A DNA stretch of 63,996 nucleotides, the filler included, from an uncultured Methanosarcinales archaeon (GTDB lineage: Archaea > Nanobdellota > Nanobdellia > Woesearchaeales > CAYXTQ01): the NCBI GenBank assembly GCA_964608065.1. It is 6 parts of 6 records of this genome, joined end to end, with 100 filler letters (N's around TTAATTAATTAA, not from the genome) between each part and the next. Parts side by side here need not be neighbours in the genome. Positions count along the whole stretch, not along the records: positions 12,483 to 24,808 come from CAZSMA010000043.1; positions 24,909 to 37,219 come from CAZSMA010000044.1; 4 more parts are not named here. The stretch is one strand, 5' to 3'. The notes beneath the pieces are model-generated. The model did no database searches. It saw only the letters and a program-made list of their open reading frames with translations, and had not been told where the DNA came from. Below, in pieces: positions 20,649 to 31,153 of the stretch (within the stretch, counting starts at the first letter, position 1; each line of letters opens with the position of its first letter). A program made the position numbers and the translations under genes.

Positions 20649-20993
20649 ATGTACAATCCAACAATAATCAATGAAAAAGATGCTGAAAAAACAATGAATG
20701 AAATAGGAGTAGGTGGTGGAATTCCATATATGCTTCCAAAAACAAAATTCAGGTTAATCAAATTACATAATGTAAGGAATGCTATTGCTAATATTCTAAA
20801 GCAGGAAATCCTTTCTTTAGGTGGAGACGCAGCAGTAAACAAAGGAACAGTCAACTGCACTGTTGAGAAAACAGATGTTTTGTTGATGGGAACTATAAAA
20901 CAGCTTAAAGAATTAATAAAAAAAATGAAGATTCAAGTTAGTGAATCAAAAGATATTGCTGTTGAAATAGAAAACATTATAAATAAGATATAA
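20649..20993 (+). CDS. Stand-alone protein resembling the N-terminal extension of some dihydropteroate synthases
   Basis: ANILKQEILSLGGDAAV...DVLLMGT; no TIM-barrel catalytic domain follows. Confidence 0.65.
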   Translation: MYNPTIINEKDAEKTMNEIGVGGGIPYMLPKTKFRLIKLHNVRNAIANILKQEILSLGGDAAVNKGTVNCTVEKTDVLLMGTIKQLKELIKKMKIQVSESKDIAVEIENIINKI

Positions 20994-21008
20994 TTAAAAT
21001 CATTCTTA

Positions 21009-21644
21009 ATGGCATGGTCAATAAAAACAAAAACAGATGTCCTTATAGGGTTATTTGTTGCAGCTTTGATTGCAGCTAATCTATTAGGAGGCAAAATAGC
21101 CCATGTCTGGATTGATTTTTCAGTTGGAATCTTTGCTTATCCTGTAACATTCTTAATAACAGATGTTATAGAAGAAGTCCATGGAAAAAGAAAAGCTCAA
21201 AACTTAGTATATGCTGGATTTATATCCTTAATGTTTGTTCTAGGACTTACATTTTTAGCAATAAAATTACCAAGTGCAACTAGAGATTTTTTTCCAGTTG
21301 AATATACAAAGGTGTTTGGCATTAGCCTAAGGATTATGATTGCAAGCGCTGTTGCATTCCTTTTATCCCAGACTCACGATGTTTGGGCTTTTAATTTTTG
21401 GAAAGAAAAAACAAAAGGAAGGTTCTTGTGGTTAAGGAATAATTTAAGTACTATAGTCAGCCAGCTTATAGACAGCACAATATTCATGTTCATAGCATTC
21501 TATGGAATGACTCCAAAACATAATATTGCTTATATGTTTGTTTTAATTATACCTTATTGGCTTCTAAAAGTAGTTGTAGCATTATTTGACACACCATTGA
21601 TTTATTTGGGTGTTTGGTGGTTAAAGAAAGGAGAAAAAGGTTAA
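21009..21644 (+). CDS. VUT/YhhQ-family (queuosine precursor) transporter
   Basis: YPVTFLITDVIEEVHG, SQTHDV, LWLRNNLST..SQLIDS, DTP. Confidence 0.9.
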   Translation: MAWSIKTKTDVLIGLFVAALIAANLLGGKIAHVWIDFSVGIFAYPVTFLITDVIEEVHGKRKAQNLVYAGFISLMFVLGLTFLAIKLPSATRDFFPVEYTKVFGISLRIMIASAVAFLLSQTHDVWAFNFWKEKTKGRFLWLRNNLSTIVSQLIDSTIFMFIAFYGMTPKHNIAYMFVLIIPYWLLKVVVALFDTPLIYLGVWWLKKGEKG

Positions 21645-21720
21645 GTAGAAAATTTTAACTACTATAAAGTATTGATAATGATAAGGTTTATATACTTCTC
21701 TGAAACCGCAATTTACCAAT

Positions 21721-22869
21721 ATGAATGTAATTAAAGCTATCGATGAATTGTGTGATTCAAAAGGAGACTATAATGATGTTCCTTTTGAACACTTGGATTT
21801 CCCAAACAAAGAGATTATTGCAACTAGGATTATAGCAGAAATTCAAAGTAAATTTAATCAGAAACTTAGTCACACTAGTGCAGAGCCTTATATTGCTGAA
21901 GATATATATTCTAAATTAAAGCAAAGAATAAATCAAATTGATTCGTCTTTTAACAAATATTTTGGAAGTCCTGATTTAAAAAAAAAAAAAGGTGTTGAGG
22001 CAATAGTCAAGTATGCTTTAAGTATGGCTCAGCCAGTTGGAATATTATTTCTTAAAGAGGGTAAGGCAAGGGATATACTGATTGAACATCCTCCTTTAAA
22101 GTTAATGGAACATTTAAGATATAAAACAATAAATGAACTATTTGATAATGAGGATATTTATGAAATGTATTGTGTTTTGAGAACAAGTGAGAAAAAAGAG
22201 TGGTTCAATAAATTTTTGGAGTTAATGCAATATGTAGGAGTCAATGATTTTGAACAAAGAGATATAAATATTAAGATATTGAATCCAGATAAATATCCAA
22301 GTTTAATTCCAATTTTACAGAAAAAACAACCATTATGGGATGAGAGAGTTATGGGTTGTGTATTTGGGATTCCTTTTTCTAAACTAGATGGTTGCCCTGT
22401 TCCAACGATAAGAACATTAACTAGGGCATATCATTATTTTACAGAATTAAGTTATCATTCAAAATTTATTGACATTGTTTCTGAAGCAAGTTTTGGAGAT
22501 AGATTAAAGACTGTATTGAATGGGCAATATCAAAAACATAATTTCTTTGAACCTCATGCGTTACTAGAAAATCTGTATTGGTCAAAGACTTGTGAGTTCT
22601 TATTCAAAGATCAAAATAATATTTCAGAGCTAGACTTTTGGATGGATGGATTAGATGTTGGTGGTTTTTTAAAATCAAAAGGTGATATGCAAATTATAAT
22701 TAGTTTTAATATATTAGATTCAATTACTAATACTTCAAAAAGAAAGGAATTTCCGGGAAATACAAGAATGTTGGCAGGAGTTATTAAAAGAAAAGTATTT
22801 GATCAATACTTTGGTGACACTGAAATAAAATTATTGGAAAATATGGATAGAGGTTATATAGAGTTATAA
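21721..22869 (+). CDS. Hypothetical protein
   Basis: 382-aa ORF with upstream TATA-like box; no recognised motif. Confidence 0.6.
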   Translation: MNVIKAIDELCDSKGDYNDVPFEHLDFPNKEIIATRIIAEIQSKFNQKLSHTSAEPYIAEDIYSKLKQRINQIDSSFNKYFGSPDLKKKKGVEAIVKYALSMAQPVGILFLKEGKARDILIEHPPLKLMEHLRYKTINELFDNEDIYEMYCVLRTSEKKEWFNKFLELMQYVGVNDFEQRDINIKILNPDKYPSLIPILQKKQPLWDERVMGCVFGIPFSKLDGCPVPTIRTLTRAYHYFTELSYHSKFIDIVSEASFGDRLKTVLNGQYQKHNFFEPHALLENLYWSKTCEFLFKDQNNISELDFWMDGLDVGGFLKSKGDMQIIISFNILDSITNTSKRKEFPGNTRMLAGVIKRKVFDQYFGDTEIKLLENMDRGYIEL

Positions 22870-23403
22870 ATTACTTTCTGAAATAATCAAATCAACAGGA
22901 ACGTCTGTTTCTTCTGATTCAATTTCATCAACAACTTGAAAACCAAACGCTAAACCTATCTTTAAAGCTTTAGTTTTCTTTAAGAATTTATCATAATAAC
23001 CTTCACCATAACCTATTCTGTTGCCATTTTTGTCAAAAACAACACCAGGGACTATAACAATATCAATTTCATTTACATCAACTTCTTTGACATTCTTAGG
23101 CTCTAACACATTATAATAACCTGGCTCTAGTTCAGAGAAATCATTCAACTCACTTGGAACAAGGTCTTTATTCTTAAAATCTGTGACAGGAACTATAATT
23201 TTCTTCTTTTTCAATGACTTCTTTATTATATCGTGTGTATAAACTTCATTGTCTTTAGAAACATAGAACATGATTGTTTTTGCTTTCTTAAAATTTTTTA
23301 ATGACTTTAATTTTCTTATGATTTTTTTAGATTTTTTTAATAATTCTTTCTTATCTAACAAATTCCTTTTTTCAAGAATTTCTTTCCTTAATTTATCTTT
23401 CAT
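22864..23403 (-). CDS. 5-formyltetrahydrofolate cyclo-ligase
   Basis: VPGVVFD..GNRIGYGEGYYD, DVPVD. Confidence 0.93.
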   Translation of the reverse strand: MKDKLRKEILEKRNLLDKKELLKKSKKIIRKLKSLKNFKKAKTIMFYVSKDNEVYTHDIIKKSLKKKKIIVPVTDFKNKDLVPSELNDFSELEPGYYNVLEPKNVKEVDVNEIDIVIVPGVVFDKNGNRIGYGEGYYDKFLKKTKALKIGLAFGFQVVDEIESEETDVPVDLIISESNL

Positions 23404-24062
23404 CGTTTTCCGAATATAGCAGTTCCAATCCTTAAAAAAGTTGCTCCTTCTTCTATTGCTATATGGTAATCATTTGTCATTCCCATTGACAATTCATTTA
23501 AACCATATTTCTTAGCTAAATTTTTTAAAGTTCTAAAATAAGGTCTTGCTAATTCTTGATTTCCTTCAGGAGCAATTGTCATCAGTCCTATTAAATTCAG
23601 ATTCCTTAAATTCTTTACATTATCTATTAAATCTTTTAATTTCTCTTCTTTAACTCCAAATTTATTTTTATCTCCAGAAGTATTGACTTCAATAAATATA
23701 TCTATAATTTTATTGTATTCAATGCAGTAATGGCTTAATTTCCTTGCTAATTTTTTACTATCAACAGAATGGATCACATCAAATAAATGCACAGCTACTT
23801 TTGCTTTATTGCTCTGCAAATGTCCAACAAAATGTTTTCTTGCTTTCTTCAGGTTCTTTATCTGTGGAAATTTCTCAACAGCTTCCGGGATATAACTTTC
23901 ACCAATATCTGCCAATCCAAGATTTATAGCCTCACTAACAGTATGGTGTGGAACTTGTTTTGTAACTCCAACTAAATTGATCTTAAAAGGGTTTCTTTCT
24001 TTTATCTTTGCTGTTTTAACTATATCTAGTTTTACTGCATCTATTTTTTGTTTTAGTTTCAT
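23400..24062 (-). CDS. yggS: PLP-binding homeostasis protein (YggS/PLPBP)
   Basis: GVTK, HFVGHLQSNK, GLMT, LSMGMT.D, EGAT..RIGTAIFG. Confidence 0.93.
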   Translation of the reverse strand: MKLKQKIDAVKLDIVKTAKIKERNPFKINLVGVTKQVPHHTVSEAINLGLADIGESYIPEAVEKFPQIKNLKKARKHFVGHLQSNKAKVAVHLFDVIHSVDSKKLARKLSHYCIEYNKIIDIFIEVNTSGDKNKFGVKEEKLKDLIDNVKNLRNLNLIGLMTIAPEGNQELARPYFRTLKNLAKKYGLNELSMGMTNDYHIAIEEGATFLRIGTAIFGKR

Positions 24063-24156
24063 TAATAAATATTATAAGAAAGGTTTGTTTTTAAATTTTG
24101 TGATTAATTGGTTAAGTCAAGTACTGTAACTTAACCTAAAAACCATAACATTTATA

Positions 24157-24181
24157 TATTACATTGTATTCCTATGTAATA
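24157..24181. promoter_or_regulatory. Inverted repeat between TATA box and start of the RHH gene; probable operator
   Basis: TATTACAT-N9-ATGTAATA. Confidence 0.5.
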
Positions 24182-24183
24182 CC

Positions 24184-24447
24184 ATGGAAGTTGTGACTGT
24201 AAAATTCAATGAAGATGTTCTTAAGAGAATAGATAAAAGTATAACTAAAAACAACTTTAATTCAAGAACAGAGTTCATAAGAGAAGCTGTAAGGGATAAA
24301 TTATCTGAACTCAGCAGAGAAGATTTAATAAAAGAATTTATGAAATTTAGGGGCAAAGCTAAGAAGAAAACTACTTATGAAGAAAATAGGGAAACAAGGG
24401 ATAAAGTTTTATTTGAGATGGCTAAAGAAAAAGGGTGGGAAATGTAA
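24184..24447 (+). CDS. Ribbon-helix-helix (CopG-like) protein, antitoxin-like
   Basis: VVTVKF...SRTEFIREAVR. Confidence 0.85.
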   Translation: MEVVTVKFNEDVLKRIDKSITKNNFNSRTEFIREAVRDKLSELSREDLIKEFMKFRGKAKKKTTYEENRETRDKVLFEMAKEKGWEM

Positions 24448-24595
24448 AAACCACCCATCACAGATAGGTGACATGATTTTACAAGCGGTAAATAATATAA
24501 GTGGTTTTTGATGCTTGAAATTCCACGAAACATAGCATATGGTTTTTGAGCACAACTCATTCCATTCATTTATAATGAGTGGAATTTCATTGTTT
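24443..24595 (-). repeat. Dispersed ~150-bp structured element (family A)
   Basis: Reverse complement aligns along its length with 44207-44355. Confidence 0.85.
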
Positions 24596-24606
24596 AAATA
24601 AGTTGT

Positions 24607-24808
24607 TCAGGTTTTTTTTACTTCAACAATATCTCTTAATTTTTGAATGTGTTTATCTTGAGATACAAGAATAGCCTTATTATTCCTCGCTACAATTGCA
24701 TGTAAAACATCTCCTGTTGGTAAATTTCTTTCAATTCCAATTTTCTTTGCTTCTTTATAATCTTCTTCATTAGCATCTACTCTCTTCAAAATTTTGGAAA
24801 TAAATAAA
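24607..24808 (-). CDS. PIN-domain (VapC-like) protein, C-terminal fragment
   Basis: GDVLHAIVA...LVSQDKH; 5' end cut by contig edge; probable poly-A slip at the 3' end. Confidence 0.8.
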
Positions 24809-24908
24809 NNNNNNNNNNNNNNNNNNNNNNNNNNNNNNNNNNNNNNNNNNNNTTAATTAATTAANNNNNNNNNNNNNNNNNNNNNNNNNNNNNNNNNNNN
24901 NNNNNNNN

Positions 24909-25243
24909 CCACCAACAACAATAACCAAAACAGGTAATATAAACATATGATACTTAACATGAACTCCAATCAAACCAAAATAATAACTTAAAAGACCATT
25001 AACTCCTAAGCCTAATGCAGTTCCTATCACAAACCTTTCTAAGAAATCTAATTTATCATGCCAGTATAACATAATCACAAACCCAGGAATAACAAACAAC
25101 CAGAATAAACTAAACACAAACTTAAAAACTGTTAAAAAACCTTCTTTATAAAATACAATCTTAAATAATATTACAAATACAATAAACAACCCTAAAAGTA
25201 CTTTACCTTCTTTTTTCAGTTTACTCAAATGTTTGCTCAACAA
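24909..25243 (-). CDS. Small integral membrane protein, 3' truncated
   Basis: Four hydrophobic segments; FVIPGF...LERF motif. Confidence 0.65.
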
Positions 25244-26906
25244 TACAATCCCCTCCTGGATTATTATTCCTCAATACAACAACTAAATCATTAGCATAAA
25301 CAGCATCTATAAAATCATTCTCCATTAACTTATTAGCAATCAAGGCATTATACTGAGCTAAAGCAGGGTAATAACTGCTTGCTTTATCAAATATATAATA
25401 ATCAAACTCACAGATATCTCTTTGCCTTGTTATATACTCATCTGTTTCATGTGTTGCAAAACCAAACTTAAAAAAAGACTTCCTGTAAGGAGATCCTATT
25501 CCGCCAGTATCACCAGGTCTCTCAGTTAAATAAAACCTCTTTATAGTCTTATTCTGTAAAGAAGCAATTAAATCATCAGTTATAGCAAGAAAATGAGCTC
25601 TTTCAACATTCCTAAGCTGTGCATCCTGTTCATAAGTATCTCCATAAAAAAAATACACTTTAGAATCTAAAGCAGTATTTTCACTTATCCAGACCATAGC
25701 ATCCCAATGATACTTATTCATTATTCCAGGAGATGTAAATGTATCTCTGACAGGAATTATATTTGACAACTGCCCTAAAAACCCTCCAAATATAAGCAAA
25801 AACACAACACCTAAAACTATAGAATACTCTTTCCTCCATTTTTTTACTAAAAACTTAAGAACATAATAAACACCAAGTCCAAAAAATACAGACAAATAAA
25901 TTCCCCACAAAGCTCTTGTCCTTAAAGCATGCCTTTCAAACCCAAAATAGTTTCCATAGCTTATAACTAAAACAAAAAAACCAACAAGAAGAGCAACATT
26001 CTTTTTCTTCCTCAAAAGAAAAACCCCAACTATCAATCCAATTCCCAAAATTACCCACAACCATTTAAAAAAAGAAAGATAAACAAAAGGATCATTTCCA
26101 TAAGATGTTATGCTGAATAAATTCAGATAATAACTAACTCCCTGGTTAGCAACCCATGTTGATTTCCATATTATAAAATAATAAAAACATAGAATAAAAA
26201 ATAAAACACCAGCAAAAATAACTTTCTTCACACTACTGACATCAATCTTCTTAATCCTGATAAAATCTACAACAAGATACAGTCCAATAAACAAAACTCC
26301 AAATATAAATTCAGATGGATGTGATAAAAAACTAGCACTCATAAACAATCCAAGAAGGACATAGCTTGCCTTTAACTTAAAACGAAGCATTGCCCAAAAT
26401 ATACATATCAAAAAAAAATGTCCAAAAAAAGCAGGCCAATGCCCCCATGTTATCAAAATAAAATTATTTCTTGCAAAAACCAAAAAAGAAAAAGGTATAG
26501 CCAGCAAAGCAATATTCTTGCTGAACTTCCTTATCATAAGATACATGATAAAAGCAGATATAATCGGCATTAAAAAAACAAGAAAATAAATCGTGTCATA
26601 AGTCTCTAATCCTGAATTATAAGAAAGCAATACTGCAAGATGATGAGATAATGAAGAATAAAATCCAATTACAGGAGCAAAAGTTGATCCTTTAACAGCA
26701 TAAAAAGCCTCATTCCTATAATTTCCCATATTCTTTATGCTCTCAGCCCTTACTTGATGTTGAAATCCATCAGAAGCCAAATAACCATAGGGAAAATCAT
26801 GCTCTATTTTGTGATCCCATAAAGTACCTACACTTACATACATTAACAAACCAAATATAAGTATAAGATATAATATTTCAATATGCTTAAATTTAATTTT
26901 TAGCAC
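25221..26906 (-). CDS. Multi-pass membrane protein, GT-C fold glycosyltransferase-like
   Basis: About 11 TM helices, loop D..QH after TM1, soluble C-terminal domain (AMVWISENT). Confidence 0.6.
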   Translation of the reverse strand: MLKIKFKHIEILYLILIFGLLMYVSVGTLWDHKIEHDFPYGYLASDGFQHQVRAESIKNMGNYRNEAFYAVKGSTFAPVIGFYSSLSHHLAVLLSYNSGLETYDTIYFLVFLMPIISAFIMYLMIRKFSKNIALLAIPFSFLVFARNNFILITWGHWPAFFGHFFLICIFWAMLRFKLKASYVLLGLFMSASFLSHPSEFIFGVLFIGLYLVVDFIRIKKIDVSSVKKVIFAGVLFFILCFYYFIIWKSTWVANQGVSYYLNLFSITSYGNDPFVYLSFFKWLWVILGIGLIVGVFLLRKKKNVALLVGFFVLVISYGNYFGFERHALRTRALWGIYLSVFFGLGVYYVLKFLVKKWRKEYSIVLGVVFLLIFGGFLGQLSNIIPVRDTFTSPGIMNKYHWDAMVWISENTALDSKVYFFYGDTYEQDAQLRNVERAHFLAITDDLIASLQNKTIKRFYLTERPGDTGGIGSPYRKSFFKFGFATHETDEYITRQRDICEFDYYIFDKASSYYPALAQYNALIANKLMENDFIDAVYANDLVVVLRNNNPGGDCIVEQTFE

Positions 26907-28302
26907 CCTTCCTTTTCAAACACATATCAACAACAGCCAAAAATCCCTGGAATTCCTGCTTCAACTGCGTCATATTCCTTATCTTAAGCAGTCTTCTCAA
27001 TATTATCTTAGGTCTTAGATAAAACTTCTTATGTGCTATTCCGTAATATTCCTGCAATTTTTCAGGACTTATTGTAGGAAGCCTCATAACAACATCAGAC
27101 ATATTGTATTTGTTCCAGTCTTTAGTAAGTATATAACCCTGCTTGTCAGCCCATTCAAACATCTCAGTCCCAGGATACACTGTTGTTATATTATACTGCA
27201 CTTCATCAGGATCCAATTCCTCAGCAAACTTCATTGTTTTTTTTATAGTCTCTTCTGTCTCTCCAGGATTGCCAAACATAAAACTACATCTTGTTTCAAT
27301 CCCAATCTTCCTTGCATCTTTCACAACTTTTTTAACCTGATCCAGAGAAATCCTTTTTTTTATTGTTTCCAATATCTTTTCATCAGCACTCTCAACTCCA
27401 AATAATATAAGATGACATCCTGCTCTCTTCATATCCTTCAGTAATTCTTCATTGATATGATCCACTCTTGTGAAACAGCTCCATGTTATATCAACATTTT
27501 CCTTTACAATTATATCACAGAATTCTTTGACAACATTTTTGAACAGAGTAAAAGTATCATCATAAAAACTTATCTCCTTTATATTATAATCCTTCTGCAA
27601 TAATTTTATCTCATTTATAATATTTCTAGCACTTCTAGGCCTTACAATCCCTCTGAATGTCCTATGGCAAAAAGTGCATCTTCCAGGACAACCCCTAGTT
27701 GCAAATATAGACATTGCTGGCAGTCTTTTATAGTTTCCTAAAGCTGGAAAATATTTTTTCATAGGCAATAGATGATAAGCAGGAGCAGGAATATCATCCA
27801 GATTCTTTATCAAAGGCCTTATTTCATTATGAATAATTTTTCCATCTTTCTTATAAACCAATCCCAAAATATCTTTAGGATCATCACCATTTACCAACTC
27901 TTTAACAGTTTCTTCTCCTTCATCTACAGCTACAAAATCAACATTTTTATCAGAAATAACTTCATCAGGCATTACACTTGGATGAACTCCTCCTAAAACA
28001 ACCTTAGTATCAGGCCATAACTTTTTTACTATCTCAGCAATCTTTAAGGCATTATTAATCAAACTTGTAGTTGCAGTCATTCCTACAAACTTAGGCTTTT
28101 CATACTCTTTTAATTTATCTTCAACAACATCTAAAGATATTTTTTCAGCAGTACAGTCTAATATCATGACTTTCTTTCCATCTTTCTCAAGAACTGCAGC
28201 TATATAAGCAAGACCTAAACTAGGCAGACAACTACCAACCTTATTCCATAAATTACTCTTATTCTCAATAATCCAAGGAGGATCTATTAATAAAACATCC
28301 AT
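26893..28302 (-). CDS. B12-binding radical SAM enzyme (class B methyltransferase-like)
   Basis: SLGLAYIAA, GGVHPS, RGCPGRCTFC, GVES, GNPGET. Confidence 0.93.
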   Translation of the reverse strand: MDVLLIDPPWIIENKSNLWNKVGSCLPSLGLAYIAAVLEKDGKKVMILDCTAEKISLDVVEDKLKEYEKPKFVGMTATTSLINNALKIAEIVKKLWPDTKVVLGGVHPSVMPDEVISDKNVDFVAVDEGEETVKELVNGDDPKDILGLVYKKDGKIIHNEIRPLIKNLDDIPAPAYHLLPMKKYFPALGNYKRLPAMSIFATRGCPGRCTFCHRTFRGIVRPRSARNIINEIKLLQKDYNIKEISFYDDTFTLFKNVVKEFCDIIVKENVDITWSCFTRVDHINEELLKDMKRAGCHLILFGVESADEKILETIKKRISLDQVKKVVKDARKIGIETRCSFMFGNPGETEETIKKTMKFAEELDPDEVQYNITTVYPGTEMFEWADKQGYILTKDWNKYNMSDVVMRLPTISPEKLQEYYGIAHKKFYLRPKIILRRLLKIRNMTQLKQEFQGFLAVVDMCLKRKGAKN

Positions 28303-28339
28303 AACATCTAACCCCCAAATTCAATTTTCTCTCTCTGAA

Positions 28340-29026
28340 TCAATTTCTGAACTTATACTTCAACAATGTCCAGACAGCCTCTACACCATCCTTCCAGTTA
28401 ATCTTCTTACCTTCTTCTATTGATCTTGGATGATAATTAATAGGTATTTCAAGTATTTTAATCTTCCTTTTTGCCAGTTTTGCTGTAACTTCAGGACAAA
28501 ACTCAAATCTTTTACACTCTAAATTCAGGCTTTTTAATAAATCTGTCTTAAAAACCTTATAACATGTTGCTTCATCTGTTATATGTAAGTTAGGATACAA
28601 GACATTAGCTATTAAATTCAGTCCTAATCCACCAATATAAAAACCAATACTTGAATACTCTTCTTTCTGTTTCTGCAACCTCCTAGAGCCATAGACAACA
28701 TCTGCTTTACCATCTATAATAGGCTTAACTAATTTAGGATAATCATTTGGATCATACTCTAAATCAGCATCCTGTATTATTGTAATATCACCTGTTGCAA
28801 ACTTCAAACCAGTCCTTATAGCAGCTCCTTTTCCCTGGTTTTTTTTGTGAAATATAATTTTATACTTCTTTCTCACACTATCCAGAAAATCCCTTGTGCC
28901 ATCCTTGCTGCCATCATCCACCAATATAATCTCTTTGTCAATACCTTTAACAGCCTCTACTTTTTTCAATAGTTTCGGCAGTAATACTCTTTCGTTATAA
29001 ACAGGTATAATAACAGATAATTTCAT
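28340..29026 (-). CDS. GT2 glycosyltransferase (dolichol-phosphate sugar synthase-like)
   Basis: IIPVYNE, VDDGSKDGT, NQGKGAA, QDADLEYDP. Confidence 0.92.
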   Translation of the reverse strand: MKLSVIIPVYNERVLLPKLLKKVEAVKGIDKEIILVDDGSKDGTRDFLDSVRKKYKIIFHKKNQGKGAAIRTGLKFATGDITIIQDADLEYDPNDYPKLVKPIIDGKADVVYGSRRLQKQKEEYSSIGFYIGGLGLNLIANVLYPNLHITDEATCYKVFKTDLLKSLNLECKRFEFCPEVTAKLAKRKIKILEIPINYHPRSIEEGKKINWKDGVEAVWTLLKYKFRN

Positions 29027-29114
29027 CCTTAATCTTCTCATTTTGACTTTTCATATTTAAACAACAAAATTCCCCTCTATGATTTGTGATTTAATTACAA
29101 CTATAATAAGTTAT

Positions 29115-29283
29115 TGGAATTTTGTGTGTTCAAAAACCACTGTTGTAAGTGGAATTTTGAGTCATGAAAAACAAAGTTTTTCAGGATGCCGGAAATCTTT
29201 GATTTCCCAGCATATCAAAAACCACTTTTATTACTTACTTCTTATAAAATTATGTTATCTGTTTGTAGGGATGGTTTTTGACA
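29115..29283 (+). repeat. Family A element carrying a nested family B twin hairpin (29163-29213)
   Basis: TGGAAT..TCAAAAACCAC..GTGGAATTT[insert]TCAAAAACCACTT..GGTTTTTGACA. Confidence 0.8.
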
Positions 29284-29358
29284 TATTGTTATTTATTAAA
29301 ACTAGAAAGTTTTATAAAGAACTATAGGTTTATGTATAAAATTATTTTGGGGTTTTAA

Positions 29359-30303
29359 ATGAACATTTTAGTCACAGGTGGTGCTGGCTTTATAGGAAGC
29401 CATGTATGTGAAGCTCTTTTAGATAAATATCACACTGTAATATGTATTGATGATTTTAATGATTACTACAGCCCTAAATTTAAAGAAAACAACATAAAAA
29501 AAATCAAAGATAACGATAATTTCAAACTATACAAACAAGACATAAGAAACTTTGAAGCATTAAAAAAAATCTTCAAAGAAAACAACATAGACAAGATAAT
29601 TCATTTAGCAGCAAGAGCAGGTGTCAGAGCTTCTCTAAAAGACCCTTTATTATATGAAGAAGTTAATGTAAAAGCAACTTTAAACTTATTGGAATTAGCA
29701 AAAGAATTCAATATCAAGACATTTATCTTTGGCTCAAGCTCAAGCATATACGGATTGACAAAAAAAATACCATTCTCAGAAACAGACAACACTCAACCTA
29801 TAAGCCCATATGGTATAACAAAAAAAATAGGAGAGCAATTATGCTATGTTTACAATCATCTATACAATATCAACATCACATGCTTAAGATTCTTCAGTGT
29901 CTATGGCCCTAGAGGCAGACCTGATATGGCAATGTACAAGTTCACTAAATTAATAAAGGAAGATAAAGAAATAGAAATGTATGGGGATGGAACAACAAAA
30001 AGAGATTATACTTATGTAGCAGACATTGTTGCAGGAATCATAGCAGCATTAGAAAAAAACATAAGCTTCGAAATAATCAACCTTGGAAACAACCAGACTG
30101 TAGAACTAAAATATTTCATCTCTTTGATAGAGAAAGAATTAAACAAAAAAGCAAAAATAAAAAACCTTCCAGAACAAAAAGGAGATGTTCCATTAACTTA
30201 CGCTGATATAGAAAAAGCAAAATCATTATTAAATTATGAACCAAAAGTTAAAATAGAAGAAGGTGTTAAGAGCTTTATTGGGTGGTTTAATGAGCAAAAC
30301 TGA
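29359..30303 (+). CDS. NAD-dependent nucleotide-sugar epimerase (UDP-glucuronate 4-epimerase-like)
   Basis: TGGAGFIGSH, HLAARAGVR, SSSSIYG, YGITK, YGPRGRPDMA. Confidence 0.92.
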   Translation: MNILVTGGAGFIGSHVCEALLDKYHTVICIDDFNDYYSPKFKENNIKKIKDNDNFKLYKQDIRNFEALKKIFKENNIDKIIHLAARAGVRASLKDPLLYEEVNVKATLNLLELAKEFNIKTFIFGSSSSIYGLTKKIPFSETDNTQPISPYGITKKIGEQLCYVYNHLYNINITCLRFFSVYGPRGRPDMAMYKFTKLIKEDKEIEMYGDGTTKRDYTYVADIVAGIIAALEKNISFEIINLGNNQTVELKYFISLIEKELNKKAKIKNLPEQKGDVPLTYADIEKAKSLLNYEPKVKIEEGVKSFIGWFNEQN

Positions 30304-31153
30304 TGTAACTGTAATATTGCCTGTGTATAATGAAGAAAAAACTATAGCCCATGTAATCAATGAAATAAAGCAAGTAATGGATTCTACTAAGCTTAATTAT
30401 AAGATCATTGCAGTAAACGACTGCTCAAAAGATAAAACTGCTGAAATACTTAACCAGATAAAAGATATAAAAGTGATTCATCACTCTTACAACAGAGGAT
30501 ATGGCTCTTCATTAAAAACAGCTATTAAGAATTCTGAATCAGAGATTATCATAATGACAGATTCTGATGGAACATACCCTATAGATGAGATCCCAAAATT
30601 ATTGAAATATGCAGATGAATATGATATGGTGACAGGAGCAAGGCTTAAGTCAAAAATGCCTTTGATAAGGATGCCTGCAAAATTTATTTTGTCAAAATTA
30701 GCTAATTTCCTTACAGAAATCAGGATTCCAGATATTAACTGTGGCTTAAGAGTTATTAAGAAAAGCAATGTTGAACAATTCTTCAACATACTGCCTCAGA
30801 GATTCTCTTTCACAATAACTCACTTATTAGCATGTTTAACTAATGATTATAATGTAAAGTTTGTTCCTATCAACTATAGAAAAAGAAAAACAAAATCAAC
30901 AATCCACCCAATAAAAGATTTTATAAGATTCAACACAATCATAATAAGAGTAATAACTTATTTCAAGCCATTCAAATTTTTCTTTCTTATCAGTGCATTT
31001 TTAGTTTTTCTTGCTTTTTTAGTATTTCTATACAGTCTTATTGCTTTACATAAAATAATGGACATCACAGTTGTTGTCCTTGTCTTAGCTTCATTACAGG
31101 TATTTCTTTTTGGTATAATTGCAGATCTAATTGTAAAATCAAGATTAAAATGA
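30290..31153 (+). CDS. GT2 glycosyltransferase with C-terminal TM helices
   Basis: LPVYNEE, VNDCSKD, NRGYG, DSDGTY. Confidence 0.9.
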   Translation: MSKTDVTVILPVYNEEKTIAHVINEIKQVMDSTKLNYKIIAVNDCSKDKTAEILNQIKDIKVIHHSYNRGYGSSLKTAIKNSESEIIIMTDSDGTYPIDEIPKLLKYADEYDMVTGARLKSKMPLIRMPAKFILSKLANFLTEIRIPDINCGLRVIKKSNVEQFFNILPQRFSFTITHLLACLTNDYNVKFVPINYRKRKTKSTIHPIKDFIRFNTIIIRVITYFKPFKFFFLISAFLVFLAFLVFLYSLIALHKIMDITVVVLVLASLQVFLFGIIADLIVKSRLK

